Assembly: GCA_049969675.1 (NCBI GenBank)
Contig: JBMFOP010000067.1
Coordinates: 1-17,622 of the forward strand
Origin: Myxococcota bacterium
Lineage (GTDB): Bacteria > Myxococcota > SpSt-1050
Length of the DNA stretch: 17,622 nucleotides
Direction of reading: 5' to 3'
In this document: in pieces, positions 17,464-17,622 of the stretch
Layout of the letters: each line of letters starts with the position of its first letter
Numbering within the stretch: position 1 is the stretch's first letter
Made by a program: the position numbers and the translations under genes
The notes under the pieces: generated by a model
Seen by the model: only the letters and a program-made list of their open reading frames with translations
Databases searched by the model: none
What the model was told of the DNA's origin: nothing

Positions 17464-17622
17464 TTCTAAAACTCTCTCTGATAATCCTGTGCCAGAACTT
17501 ATTAAAGTAGAGATCAAAAATATTAAAGAAGTTCCTACAAAGCTCAAAGGCACTCCTATGCTCGGCTTTCTCGGTACCTTCTCTGTCAACTTTGAAATCC
17601 CAGACTATTGGGGCATTGGGAA
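17459..17622 (+). pseudogene. cas6: C-terminal fragment of a Cas6b-like CRISPR endoribonuclease, 5'-truncated and running off the right edge
   Basis: Manual translation: INSKTLSDNPVPELIKVEIKNIKEVPTKLKGTPMLGFLGTFSVNFEIPDYWGIG(K). GF.G.F..NF.IPDY.GIGK leads into the Cas6b G-rich loop (GKSVSRGFG). In-frame stop at 17399-17401 leaves no room for the N-terminal domain. Confidence 0.72.

Noticed and set aside
17398..17589. 63-aa minus-strand ORF
   Set aside because: It is the antisense shadow of the Cas6b-like plus-strand frame.
17464..17622. CRISPR array near the cas6 fragment
   Set aside because: No regularly spaced direct repeats seen anywhere in the window; an array could lie beyond the right edge.

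Overview
AT-rich bacterial chromosomal window, most likely from an anaerobic deltaproteobacterial/Myxococcota-type organism (inferred from gene content and order, not from a search). It has four transcriptional blocks. (1) A tightly coupled minus-strand cell-envelope operon (5197->238): GT-C-like polytopic membrane protein, membrane-anchored protein with an NPCBM-like domain, MBL-fold hydrolase, gpsA, and YdcF/ElyC-family protein. (2) A divergent SpoIID/LytB-family gene that appears leaderless. (3) A minus-strand comM-recA-NlpC/P60 operon directly preceded by a consensus sigma54 (-24/-12) promoter. (4) A plus-strand dCMP deaminase-nrdR-ribD-ribE-ribBA-ribH-nusB operon extended by a stand-alone M17-peptidase N-domain protein, a probable outer-membrane beta-barrel and an orphan hydrogenase maturation protease. 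The window ends in an N-terminally truncated Cas6b-like fragment missed by the ORF track. The best candidate for a new system is the sigma54-controlled comM + divergent recA + atypical NlpC/P60 hydrolase module, a possible coupled 'lyse, take up and recombine' unit. No rRNA, tRNA, IS element or CRISPR array was seen.
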